Source of the DNA: an uncultured Acidobacteriota bacterium
GTDB lineage: Bacteria; Acidobacteriota; UBA6911
Assembly (NCBI GenBank): GCA_963827655.1
Contig: CAWHCF010000023.1
Location: forward strand, 288,001 to 352,000
Direction: 5' to 3'
DNA length: 64,000 nt
Positions 51,412-61,875 of this stretch are shown here, piece by piece; the stretch's first letter is position 1, and the number at the start of each line of letters is the position of its first letter. The position numbers and the translations under genes are program-made. The notes below the pieces were generated by a model that was given only the letters and a program-made list of their open reading frames with translations, searched no databases and was not told the DNA's origin.

Positions 51412-54400
51412 ATGCAACGATGGGGAAACCCTGCCACCTGCGCTTTCGCGGTCTTCTGCACGCTCATCTGGGCATCGCCCGCTCTTCGACAACACACCTT
51501 TCGCGATGCGACCGGGTGGGAACAAGATAGTTCCTCCGAGGAAGCAGCCCTTGCGGCATTCAAACGACTCGGCTCGATGCCGATGAGTTTCGAGGCGAAC
51601 ATCGGCCAGACTGATCCGCGCGTCGGGTTCGTATCCCGCGGGCCTGGTTACACGCTCTATTTGACTCCTGCCGAGAGTGTGCTTTCCCTGCGCCGCCCGG
51701 TTTCGCCCCCGCCCGGCGCCGCGCGGCCGGCTCTGCTGTCAGCAAAAACCGAGAAGGGAGCGAAGGACGAAGCGGTGGTTCGAATGCGCCTGGTAGGAAG
51801 CAGCCCAGGGACCGTGGTGCGCGGTTGTGAGGCCCTGAATGTAAGGACCAACTATTTGCTCGGCGCCGACCCTGCCGGGTGGCGGACCAACGTCCCAACC
51901 TACGGCCGAGTCAAATACGAAAACGCCTACCCCGGGATTGACCTTGTTTTTTACGGCAATCAGCGGCAGTTGGAATATGACCTGATCGTAGCTCCCGGCG
52001 CGGATCCGAGTCCAATCCTGCTGGAATTTGACGGCGCCAGGCAACTGGAGCTGGATGCGGAGGGAGACCTGGTCCTGCACACGAATGCCGGTCCATTGAA
52101 GCAGCGGAGGCCCTTCGTCTACCAGGAAGTCGCGCAAACCAAACGTGTGATCCCTTCCGGCTATGTCCTGCACGGCCAGAATCGGGTCTCCTTTCAAGTA
52201 GATTCCTACGATTCCGGCAAACCATTGATCATCGACCCGGTCCTGGTCTATTCGAGTTTCCTGGGCGGCAGCAGCACCGAGAACGGTCGATTCCTGGCCG
52301 CAATCGCGGTGGATTCCAGCGGCGACGCGTATGTAACAGGATCGACCGACTCCTTGAACTTTCCCAGTGTTAATGCCCTGCAACCGGCCGCCGGGGGATC
52401 CTCCGATGCGTATGTGGCCAGGATTGGCGCCACAGGATCGAGTCTCGTGTACTGCACTTACCTTGGTGGCAATAGCCTGGATCGGGGTATGGACATCGCG
52501 GTTGACCAGTCCGGGAATGCTTATCTGACAGGTCGGACACAGTCGACGAACTTCCCGACGGTGAGCCCTTTTCAGGGAGCCATTGCCGGCATGGAAGACG
52601 CATTCATGGTCAAGCTCGCATCCGATGGCTCGAGGCTCCTTTATTCTACCTACCTTGGTGGTTCAGGAGTCGATTACGGAATGGGTCTCGCTGTGGATCT
52701 CGCGGGAAGCGCCTACGTATTCGGTTCCACGGCTTCGAGCAACTTGCCCACATCCAATGCGTTCCAGAGCAGGCCCGGTGGGGCGATTGACGCATTCGTG
52801 GCGAAACTCAACCCGGCCGGGAGTTCGCTCGCCTATCTGACCTACCTGGGAGGGAGCGGTCCCGAAGTCCCCGGTGACACCGGCGGGAAGATTGCCGTGG
52901 ATCTTGACGGCAACGCCTGTGTCGCGGGAATCACGGGCTCGCGGGACTTTCCCACGCGAAACGCGCTGCAGCCGGTCATGGCCGGGCAGGCCGATGCTTT
53001 TGTCGCCAAACTGAATGAGTCGGGCACCGACCTGATCTACTCGACCTATCTGGGCGGCAGCGGCGTTGACGGCGCCCTCGGCATCGCCGTGGATCGCGAC
53101 GGTCGAGTCTATGTTTCGGGAGTTACAGAATCGACCGATTTCCCGCTGTCGAATCCCATCCAGTCCAAGAATGGAGGGGAGCTTGATGCTTTTGTCACCA
53201 AGATAAGCACAGCCGGCTCTTCACTCGTTTTCTCTTCCTACATTGGAGGCGAAGCCGAGGACATCGGATATGACATTGCCGTCGATTCGTCGGGCTCGGC
53301 CCATATCACCGGCACCACCACCTCGCTCGATTTTCCTGTTGCGGACCCTCTGCAGGGAGAATTGAGGGGCAACAGAGATGCCTTCGTCGTGAAATTGACT
53401 CCGCCGGGTACTGGTTACATGCATGCGTCGTATCTCGGCGGATACGAAATCGATTACGGTCTGAGCCTGGCAGTCGACAGCAGCGGAGATGTCGTCGTCG
53501 CGGGGCAAACGGGCTCGACTGACTTCCCGGTGGTCAACGGCTTTCAGACAACCCTGGGGGGAGGAAGCGACGCCTTCGTTGCCAGAGTAAGAGACGAACC
53601 CTCGGTGAGAGAATTCCTCTACTATCTGCCACAGGTTGCAAACGGAAGCTATGCAGGAGGCCGCTTTCGCACCACGTTCGTGGTCTTCAATCCGAATGAT
53701 GCCGCGGCCAAGGCATCGATTCGGCTCACAGACGACAACGGCGGTCCCATGGCTGTCCGTGTTCCCGAGTTTGGAACAGGCGACCATTTTAATCTCGTGC
53801 TCGAATCGGGCGCCTCCATAGTCGTTCAGACCGATGGATCCGGCGAGCTGCGAGCCGGCGCTGCCGCCGTGAAATCCGATCAGAGTCTCGGGGTCTCGGC
53901 AATTTTCTCTCTCTTCGACGCGGCGGGTAATTTAATGACCGAGGCCGGAGTCGGCAGCTCTCCGCGGGTGCCAGGGATTAAAAATTCCGGTCGAAGTCAG
54001 CGCGTCTTTTAACACGGGAGTAGCGCTCGTTAACACGGAACGCGCCCCAGCGGCAGTCTTTCTGACGTTATTCGACGAAGGCGGGCACGAGGCGGGCACA
54101 CTTCAATTCAGCCTGGCCCCTGGCCAGCACTGGGCTCGATTTATCGGCGAAGGGCAGCTATTCCCGGCCATCAGGGATTTCAAAGGGACGCTGGCACTCT
54201 TCGCCACCCCGGCCGTCGCCGCCCTCGCTCTCAGGCAGACACTGGCTCCGATCGGCTATACTTCGTTGCAACCACTGGACCAACGTAGCAGGAGCAGAGT
54301 GGCCAATCTGGCTCAGGTCGCCAACGGTTCTTTTGGGCCGGGCTATTTTCGGACCTCCTTCCTTCTTTTCAACAACTGGGTGACGCCTGCCGCGGCGGCG

Positions 54401-54982
54401 CTCTCCCTCTGGAAGAACTCCGGTTCGGAATTGTTCCTTACCTTGACCGACGGCCAGTCCGGTGGAAGGTTCGAGGTTCAGATACCCAGAAATGGGTCGC
54501 GTTTCATCGGCAGTGACGGTTCTGGACCTCTGGCAGCCGGTTCGGCATCCATTGCTTCTGACGTCCCGCTCGGAGCCGCCGCGATACTCTCTGTCTTCGA
54601 TACCCAGGGTCGGTTCCAGACTGAAGCGGGTATCGGTAGTTCGCCGCTGCTGACGGCTTTTACCTTGCCGGTCGAGGTCAACGGGAATCTCGACACGGGT
54701 GTGGCGCTTTTCAATCCCGGTTCAACGCCGGCTTCAATCGGTGTCCGTCTCCTGGATGCCGGCGGAAACGTCGTTAATACAACGTCTCTGTTGCTGGCGG
54801 CCAGAAGCCACATCGCCCCGTTTGTTACCCAGTTGTTCCCGGGCACCCCCAACCTTCGAGGTACCCTCGCGGTGAACGCCTCCGCCGCTGTCACGGCCCT
54901 GGCACTGCGCCAGAACGCGAATCCGCTGATCTATACAACTCTCCCGGTTACCGCGGGCAGTGCCAGAGGAAAGGCGCCGTAG
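51412..54982 (+). CDS. Large secreted SBBP beta-propeller repeat protein with duplicated C-terminal domain; frameshift near 53980
   Basis: FEANIGQ, YPGIDLVFYG, LEYDLIVAPGADP, repeated YLGGS/IAVD..G..Y..G.T.S.DFP; frame from 53984 runs open into ORF 54266-54982. Confidence 0.88.
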
Positions 54983-55053
54983 CGGCAACTAAGTTCCCGG
55001 ATCTTCGATTATTTCTTGGCGTCTCTTCGTGTCTTCGTGGTTCCCTTGGCGTA

Positions 55054-55500
55054 TTAGCTCTTGGCGCTGTCGAGAATCAACGTTACCGGACCTGCATTAG
55101 TAAGACAGACATCCATCATGGCCTGGAATCTTCCGCTCTGAACCCCCGGGACCAACTGCCTCGCTATCTGAACGAATTCGTCATAGAGCTTCTGGGCTTC
55201 AGCCGGCGGCGCGGCCTCTATATAGGAAGGGCGGCGCCCTTTACGACAGTCGCCGTAGAGCGTGAACTGCGAAACTACGAGCAGTTCTCCTGCCGTTTCC
55301 AGCAGGCCCAGATTGAGTTTGCCTTCGCTGTCATCGAAGATTCGAAGTTCCACGATCTTCTTCGCCATCCATTCCAGATCCCGGCGCGAGTCCTCCCTGG
55401 AAATGGCCACGAGAGCAACCAATCCCTTGCCGATCTTCGCGATCTGGACGCCGTCGACTGTCACGGCTGCCTCCCGCACCCTTTGAACGACCGCTCGCAT
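55054..55500 (-). CDS. dtd: D-aminoacyl-tRNA deacylase
   Basis: MRAVVQRV, LRIF, VSQFTLYG, GRRPS, GPVT. Confidence 0.96.
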   Translation of the reverse strand: MRAVVQRVREAAVTVDGVQIAKIGKGLVALVAISREDSRRDLEWMAKKIVELRIFDDSEGKLNLGLLETAGELLVVSQFTLYGDCRKGRRPSYIEAAPPAEAQKLYDEFVQIARQLVPGVQSGRFQAMMDVCLTNAGPVTLILDSAKS

Positions 55501-55743
55501 AACCCCTCCCGCAATAATCCACCACGAAGGGTGAAAGATGAGACCCAATTTCTCGAACAACCGGAACAGCCGACCACGAGCATGTGATCGGTTTTTTCAT
55601 TTTGGGTGCGGCATCGGTGCGCTCTTTTCCCGCCCACGACGGGTGGCCTTTCGGGCCTCACCCCTGTGGCCCAGATACGCCATCGATCTTGTGCGATCGG
55701 ACCTACGAAGTGTACAAACTCCACGGCCCGCCCAGCACCCGCG

Positions 55744-55773
55744 TTGACAGGTTCAAGACCCCTCAGGTATATT
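55744..55773 (+). promoter_or_regulatory. Sigma-70 promoter
   Basis: TTGACA-18 nt-TATATT. Confidence 0.65.
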
Positions 55774-55923
55774 GACAGACTACATGAACGACAATCGCAG
55801 GGAAAATAGGATCATCGGCCGGCTCTCCTGTGTAACCTTTCATGGTACGAGGGACGGTATGTCCCGGGGGCCAGCCTCTCCCGGAGACCCCCCTGGTCGG
55901 GAAAAATCGGAGGGGCCGCTCAG

Positions 55924-56634
55924 GTGAATCCCGATCTTCGAAACCTGATCGCCCTCCAGGAGCTTGATCAGAAGATCGCAAACCTGCAAAAGAAGATTGT
56001 CGACGTCCCCGGTAAGATTCAAACCCTCCAAGAAGAACTGAGGCTTCTCACCAAGAACCGCGACGATAAAATTGCGACCAGCCAGGAGCTGGCGAAGCGG
56101 CGTCGTGTCTCCGAAGGGGAAGTGGACTTGATGCGGGCCAAACTCTCGCGGCTCAAGGATCAACTCATGGCCGTCAAGACAAACAAAGAATACACGGCCA
56201 TGCTGCACGAGATCCAAATGGCCGAGGCTCAGATTCGCCAGGAGGAAGATAAGATTCTCGAGATCATGGAGAGCATGGAAAACTGCGAACTGGAGCTGAA
56301 GGCGTACGAAAACGCGCTCAGCTCGCATTCCAAGCAGATTGAGCAGAGCATCCGCGAACTGGAAGGATCGATACCTGTCATGGAGACGGAATCGATCATG
56401 CTGCGCGAAGAGAAGTCGCGCATGGAGGATCGCGTCGAGAGGGAGTTACTGTCGCGCTACCATATGATCGCCCAGGCGCGAAGAGGGATTGCCCTGGCCG
56501 AAGCAAGAGAGGAACTCTGTTCGGCCTGTCATGTCCGCATCCGTCCCCAGGTTTATGCCGAGCTTCTGCGGGCCGAGGTCATTTACGTCTGCGATAGCTG
56601 CAACCGTATTCTGTTTCTCCGAGAGGCCCTCTAA
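55924..56634 (+). CDS. Coiled-coil C4 zinc-ribbon protein (DUF164/CT398-like)
   Basis: LIALQELD, KTNKEY, CSAC...CDSCNRIL. Confidence 0.92.
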   Translation: MNPDLRNLIALQELDQKIANLQKKIVDVPGKIQTLQEELRLLTKNRDDKIATSQELAKRRRVSEGEVDLMRAKLSRLKDQLMAVKTNKEYTAMLHEIQMAEAQIRQEEDKILEIMESMENCELELKAYENALSSHSKQIEQSIRELEGSIPVMETESIMLREEKSRMEDRVERELLSRYHMIAQARRGIALAEAREELCSACHVRIRPQVYAELLRAEVIYVCDSCNRILFLREAL

Positions 56635-56736
56635 CCCCACTTTTCTTGGTGTTTCTTCGTGTCTTAGTGGTATTGGTTTCGCACGTTAACCACGAAGACA
56701 CGAAGACGTTAGGAAACACGAAGAACCGTTTGCCCA

Positions 56737-58143
56737 ATGCCGGATCTGATCACGCTCGGCGAATGCATGGTGGAGCTCTATTGCGACGGGAGCATCTCAC
56801 AGGCTGCCCAGTTCTCCAAGGCTTTCGGGGGAGATACTCTTACCACCGCCGTCGCCGCCTCGCGGTTAGGTTCTCACGCCGGCTTCATCAGCAAGTTCGG
56901 CGACGATCCCTTTGCTCCCTTCCTGAATGAGGAGCTGCAGCGCGAGGGAATCGATCTATCCTGTTGCCCGACCATGCCGGGAATGAACGGCCTCTGCTTG
57001 ATCGGGCTGGGGGAAAAGGGAGAGCGCGAGTTTCTCTACTACAGGACTGGGTCCGCCGCTTCCACCTTGACACCGGATGATCTCAAGCCGGACTACCTCC
57101 GGAACACGCGGCTCGTGCACAGCTCGGGAATCAGCCAGGCAATTTCTCCATCGTGCCGCAGGGCCGTGCAAAAAGCATTTGAGCTGGCTCGAGCAGCGGG
57201 GGTGCGCACGTCGTTCGATCCTAACTACCGCGCGAGTCTATGGAGCGCCCGGGAGGCCAGGGAAGCATTGGACGAGATCATTCCTCTAACCGACATTTTT
57301 CTGCCAAGCGCGCCGGACGAGACCCAGACCCTTCTTCAGCTTTCAGAACCCGCTGCCATACACGCCTGGGCCGAGGCACGAGGCGTCCAAATCAGTATCC
57401 TCAAGCAAGGTAGCCTTGGCTGTGTGGTAGCGTCTGAAGGTGAATTGAAACGAGTTGAGAGCTTGCGCAACGTGAGAGTAGTCGATGCCTCGGGCGCGGG
57501 CGACGTCTTTAACGGAGGCTTCCTGCACGGTCTGCTCCACGGGCTGGACCCGGTTGAGGCAGCGCGCCTGGGAGTTGCAACCGCCGGCCACAAGGTAGAG
57601 GGGCGAGGAGCCGTGCGTTCGCTTCCCGATCGACGACGTGTCGCCGACGCAGTGCAAGATGAACCGTGGGCCGGAAAGATTTTCAAATGGGAACCCGGCC
57701 AGATGGAAACCCGATCCGGCACAAGGCCGGTGGCTTATATCGACGGCGGCGCTCGCGGTAATCCGGGGCCGGCCGGCGCCGGCGTTCATATCGAACTTGA
57801 GGGACAGCCGTGGCGTGGGCTCTACGCGTTTCTCGGTGAACGGACCAATAACTTCGCGGAATATTCGGCGCTCCTGATCGCCCTTGAGTTTGTGCTCAAG
57901 GAGGGGTTCCGCGAGCTAGAGGTTTATTCTGATTCCGAACTTCTGGTGCGGCAGATACTCGGGCGCTATCGAGTCAAAAACCCGTCACTCCGGGGCCTGC
58001 ACGACAAGGCCACCGACCTGATCCGGCGCTTCAAGCGCTTTGGAATTCAGCACGTCCGGCGCGAAGAGAACTGGAAGGCCGATGCCCTGGTCAACAAAGC
58101 TCTCGATTTACGAGACAGCGGTGAAGATCATTACCAGTCTTGA
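56737..58143 (+). CDS. PfkB-family sugar kinase fused to ribonuclease HI
   Basis: LGECMVE, FGGD, DPNYR, DASGAGDVF; then YIDGGARGNPGPAG, TNNFAEY, SDSELL, HVRREENWKADAL. Confidence 0.88.
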   Translation: MPDLITLGECMVELYCDGSISQAAQFSKAFGGDTLTTAVAASRLGSHAGFISKFGDDPFAPFLNEELQREGIDLSCCPTMPGMNGLCLIGLGEKGEREFLYYRTGSAASTLTPDDLKPDYLRNTRLVHSSGISQAISPSCRRAVQKAFELARAAGVRTSFDPNYRASLWSAREAREALDEIIPLTDIFLPSAPDETQTLLQLSEPAAIHAWAEARGVQISILKQGSLGCVVASEGELKRVESLRNVRVVDASGAGDVFNGGFLHGLLHGLDPVEAARLGVATAGHKVEGRGAVRSLPDRRRVADAVQDEPWAGKIFKWEPGQMETRSGTRPVAYIDGGARGNPGPAGAGVHIELEGQPWRGLYAFLGERTNNFAEYSALLIALEFVLKEGFRELEVYSDSELLVRQILGRYRVKNPSLRGLHDKATDLIRRFKRFGIQHVRREENWKADALVNKALDLRDSGEDHYQS

Positions 58144-59000
58144 GGGATGACATGCGTTTCTGCTACCCTGTTGCCATGTTGCGCTCCGGCCTGACGATTC
58201 TATGGGTGATGATGGCAGGAAGTCTCCCGGTCCTGGGACAATCGGTCCCGATTCTCTCAGTCACGTTCGAGGGGAATAAAGCCCTGGAGCCTGGCCGGCT
58301 GAAGAGCCAGCTCAAGGTGTCGCGGGACGGAGGTTGGTACCACCCCGAAACGCTGAAGATGGAGCTGCGCGCGGTTGAGAAACTCTATCACGATGAGGGA
58401 TTCTTGCGGGCGAACCTTGGCGCTCCCGTGGTGGAGTTTCAGACGGTTCAGGGCAAGGGTCAGGCGGCTGTGATCCGGATACCCATTTCCGAGGGGGCTC
58501 GTTATACGCTGGGTGAATTAACCTTCAAGAACTCCAGCGGCATCAAGCCGGCGGCCCTGCAGCAACTCTCACCCGTTCGCACCGGCCAACCTTACAGCCG
58601 AAGCAAGATCGCGCAGTTCAAGGAAAAGATTGAGGAGGGTTACCACTCGCTGGGATACCTTCGCTTCGAAGTTACGGTGCGGGAGGAAATCCACGACTTG
58701 AGGAAAGTTGTGGACTGCGTTTTTGAATGCAAAGAGGGGAATATATATCGCACAGGAAAGATCAGCATTGCCGGTGATGAATCGATCAATCGTTCGGAGT
58801 TCAAGAAGCAGATTCTATTGAGCGAAGGCGGGGTCTACAATCCTGAACTGCTCACGCTCAGCGTAGCCTTCCTTAACAGCCTGCGTGTTTACCGGCCTGT
58901 TTCTGAATCAGACGTGGAGATTCGGATTGACGATGCCAAAAGCACAGTCGACCTTATCTTCCACCTGGTTCCGCTGAGGAAAAACTCATCCAGCTCTTGA
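58140..59000 (+). CDS. POTRA-domain protein without beta-barrel
   Basis: Signal peptide; VTFEGN, YHDEGF, SEGARY, YHSLGY, KEGNIY; three POTRA-like units. Confidence 0.8.
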   Translation: MRDDMRFCYPVAMLRSGLTILWVMMAGSLPVLGQSVPILSVTFEGNKALEPGRLKSQLKVSRDGGWYHPETLKMELRAVEKLYHDEGFLRANLGAPVVEFQTVQGKGQAAVIRIPISEGARYTLGELTFKNSSGIKPAALQQLSPVRTGQPYSRSKIAQFKEKIEEGYHSLGYLRFEVTVREEIHDLRKVVDCVFECKEGNIYRTGKISIAGDESINRSEFKKQILLSEGGVYNPELLTLSVAFLNSLRVYRPVSESDVEIRIDDAKSTVDLIFHLVPLRKNSSSS

Positions 59001-59049
59001 TTCTTCGCGTCTTTGCCTGGAGGCCGAGGCTCGAGAAATTTGTAAGACG

Positions 59050-59971
59050 ATGTTCTCCAAGGTTCTGGTTTGTGCAGCCGCATTATTTGGCTTTTCATTT
59101 CCGAGTTTCCCTTCCGGGGCCCAGCAGCGTCCGCAGGAACCCCAGCCGACAATACGCGCCGAAGTTGCCCTGGTAAACGTGCTCTTCTCTGCCGTAGACC
59201 GGAAAAACCGCAACCTGACCGGCCTCAGGGCCGACGACTTCATCGTGTTCGAGGATCGTCAGCCGCAAAGCATCGAGTATTTCAGCGACTTGAGCAAAGG
59301 GAGCGACGTCCCGCTGACAATCGCGCTTCTTATTGACACGAGCGGAAGCGTAAAAGACAAACTGGAGTACGAAAAGGCTACGGCACGCGAGTTCCTTCGC
59401 AACGTCCTCCGCAAGAACAAGGATCTGGCCCTCATTATTCAATTCGATTCCGAAGTCAACCTGGTCCATGATTTCAGCGACGACCCCGACCGCCTGGCCG
59501 ACGCGCTCGACGGGCTCCAGGCAGGGAACAGCACTTCGATGTACGACGCGGTTTTCCTGGCAGTTGATGAAAAACTGAAGAACGAAACCGGGCGTAAGGT
59601 GATGGTGCGTGATTTCGGACGGCGATGACAACTCCAGCAGGCTTCGCAAAGAGGTGGCGATTGAGGCCGCCCAGAGGCACGATGTTTTGATTTTCGGCGT
59701 CGGGGTGAAGTCGGATTTTGGAACTAATTTCGGCGTACTCAAGAAAATGGCCGAGGAAACCGGTGGAAATTTTTTCTCTCCGCGCGCGAGATTCGACGAG
59801 ATTCAGGCGGCCTTCCGCTCCATCCAGGAGGACCTGCGGGGGCAGTATAGCCTGGGGTACGTTTCGACCAACAAACGCCGGGATGGGTCCTTCCGCAATA
59901 TTGAAATTCGTCCCAAGACGAGCGGTGTCCGGGTTCGTACCCGCAAGGGGTACTACGCTCCAAAAGCATGA
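59050..59971 (+). CDS. Acidobacterial VWA-domain protein; frameshift near 59608
   Basis: LLIDTSGS (MIDAS), T.MYDAV, ISDGDDNSS, ETGG, QYSLGY, RKGYYAP. Confidence 0.88.
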
Positions 59972-60135
59972 AACCCGGCGCGTTACCGTTCGGCCCACAC
60001 CCTTTCCGTTACTGAAACGCCGCGCTTTTCTGACCTGTTGGTTATTGCGCGGAACAAACCAACCCGAAGCACGCACACACCAGGCAACACATTCGAGAAA
60101 CTTTTTCGAACCATCTCGCGTCTAATGGAGTATCA

Positions 60136-60453
60136 ATGACGGTTAAGCGATTACGGAATCAAGGGAGAGTTGCCATGGCAGCCTGCAGCGTGCTGGTCGA
60201 AAGCCCTCGTGAACTTCTGTCACAGGCCATTGTCGATGTCGTCAGATCATTTCCCGAAAACCATCGCCGAATGTTCGTGCTGGTGCATTACGGCGGGCGG
60301 CATGTCGAAGAGGCGGCCCGTTCTCTGGGAATCGGTGCAAGTGAGGCCCGGCAGATCCTTGAACAATGCGAGCGCAGGCTGGTCAAGAACTTGAGGCAGT
60401 TCCGCGGCACCACAGATTGTTTGCGTCCTCACGTCCGCTCGTTGGCCCTTTAG
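60136..60453 (+). CDS. Small protein with a sigma-70 region-4-like HTH only
   Basis: FPENHRRMFVLVHYGGRHVEEAARSLGI. Confidence 0.65.
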   Translation: MTVKRLRNQGRVAMAACSVLVESPRELLSQAIVDVVRSFPENHRRMFVLVHYGGRHVEEAARSLGIGASEARQILEQCERRLVKNLRQFRGTTDCLRPHVRSLAL

Positions 60454-60576
60454 CCGCAATACTCCGCGTCTCCTTTTTTCACCAATCACCTCACCACTTC
60501 CTCGTTCTCCCGCAACGATTCGTTGCGTCTCTTTGCGTCCTGGTGTCCTGGCGGTGCCTTTTGTGATTGGGCGCCA

Positions 60577-60811
60577 AGGGTTCGCGCAGAAATAAGTTCG
60601 CATTCTGCTGCAGGCCCCCAGGCCTGCTGGCGAGGCGCGAGCGACGATGCGTACCCGGTGCGGTACGTGAGGAGCGAGCAACAAAGCCAGCGGGCCTGCG
60701 GGCCGCAGCCCGAAGGGGCGCGATTCTCAGCGTGCTTAGCGAACAGAAACCGGTTCATGATTGACCGCCGGCTTTCGCGCCAGAATGTGAAGTTATTTCT
60801 GCGCGAGCCCT
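60577..60811. mobile_element. MITE-like non-autonomous element, copy 2
   Basis: TIRs agggttcgcgcagaaataagttcgcattctg / cagaatgtgaagttatttctgcgcgagccct. Confidence 0.87.
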
Positions 60812-60949
60812 AAGGCCTGGAAGTCTGCCCGTCTGACGGCAAGGCACCTAGAGCGTTCTTAAGTCAGGTTTTACGTATTCTTTACAAATCGCCGCCTCTT
60901 TCACTGGGATAATGCTCCGGTTAATACGGCATGTTCACGAGGAGAAAGT

Positions 60950-61798
60950 ATGCTGCAGACGCAGGCGAAAGTCGGTTTAAGCTGGTCTAATCTTGCATTC
61001 ATCACTGGGGTCCATCTCGTCGCACTACTTGGATTCTTCACTTTCAGCTGGACGGCTCTCCTGGTTGGGACCGCTCTATGGTGGATTACCGGAGGCCTGG
61101 GAATCACCCTCGGCTTTCACCGCCTCTTGACGCACCAGAGTTTCACGGCTCCACGGTGGGTCCAGTATTTTCTCACACTGTGCGGCACCTTAGCCGTGCA
61201 GGGTGGCCCGATAGCCTGGGTTGCGGGTCATCGCGTCCACCACGCTCATTCCGATCGCGAACTGGACCCTCATAACTCGAAAAAGGGATTCTGGTGGGCG
61301 CACCTCGGGTGGATTTTCTATCGAGACCCCATTCTTGGCCACTTCGAAGGCTACAAGAACTACGCCAAGGATCTCGTGCTTGATCCGTTCTACCTGTTCC
61401 TGGACCGCTGGTACGTGGCCTTGCAGATTGTCCTGGGAGTCATCCTCCTGCTTCTTGGAGGCTGGAGCTTTGTGGTGTGGGGTATTTTTGTGCGCCTGGT
61501 TTTCGGATGGCACTGCACGTGGTTGGTTAACTCGGCCGCCCACATGTTCGGCTATCAGACTTATGACTCGCGCGATGACTCACGGAACTGCTGGTGGGTT
61601 GCGTTGCTGAGTTTCGGCGAGGGCTGGCACAACAATCACCACGCTTTTCCCCGGTCAGCGCGCCATGGCCTGAGGTGGTGGGAGTTCGATACATCCTTTC
61701 TCGTGCTTCGCGCCATGGAAAAGGCGGGACTGGCCCGAGATCTCCGGGTTGCCGAACATCTCCGCAACTCCCGTGGCAACCAGAAGCTCGCCGCCTGA
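60950..61798 (+). CDS. Delta-9 fatty acid desaturase
   Basis: His boxes HRLLTH, HRVHH, HNNHH; LVNSAAH. Confidence 0.95.
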   Translation: MLQTQAKVGLSWSNLAFITGVHLVALLGFFTFSWTALLVGTALWWITGGLGITLGFHRLLTHQSFTAPRWVQYFLTLCGTLAVQGGPIAWVAGHRVHHAHSDRELDPHNSKKGFWWAHLGWIFYRDPILGHFEGYKNYAKDLVLDPFYLFLDRWYVALQIVLGVILLLLGGWSFVVWGIFVRLVFGWHCTWLVNSAAHMFGYQTYDSRDDSRNCWWVALLSFGEGWHNNHHAFPRSARHGLRWWEFDTSFLVLRAMEKAGLARDLRVAEHLRNSRGNQKLAA

Positions 61799-61804
61799 TC
61801 CAAC

Positions 61805-61875
61805 CAGGATTTAGGATCTAGGATTTAGGAATGAGCTTTGTGCCTAAATCCTAGATCCTAGATCCTAGATCCTAG
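61805..61875. repeat. Inverted heptamer arrays (TAGGATY)/(ATCCTAG), possible bidirectional terminator
   Basis: aggatttaggatctaggatttagg ... cctaaatcctagatcctagatcctagatcctag between convergent genes. Confidence 0.75.

Noticed and set aside
55560-58200. RNase P RNA or tRNA, often found near zinc-ribbon/RNase H loci
   Set aside because: No GAGGAAAGUCC motif or cloverleaf seen; the GGTTCAAG at 55750 lies in a promoter spacer
9079-61875. CRISPR array from the recurring short repeats
   Set aside because: Repeats are dispersed or tandem 7-9-mers without regular unique spacers; no cas genes
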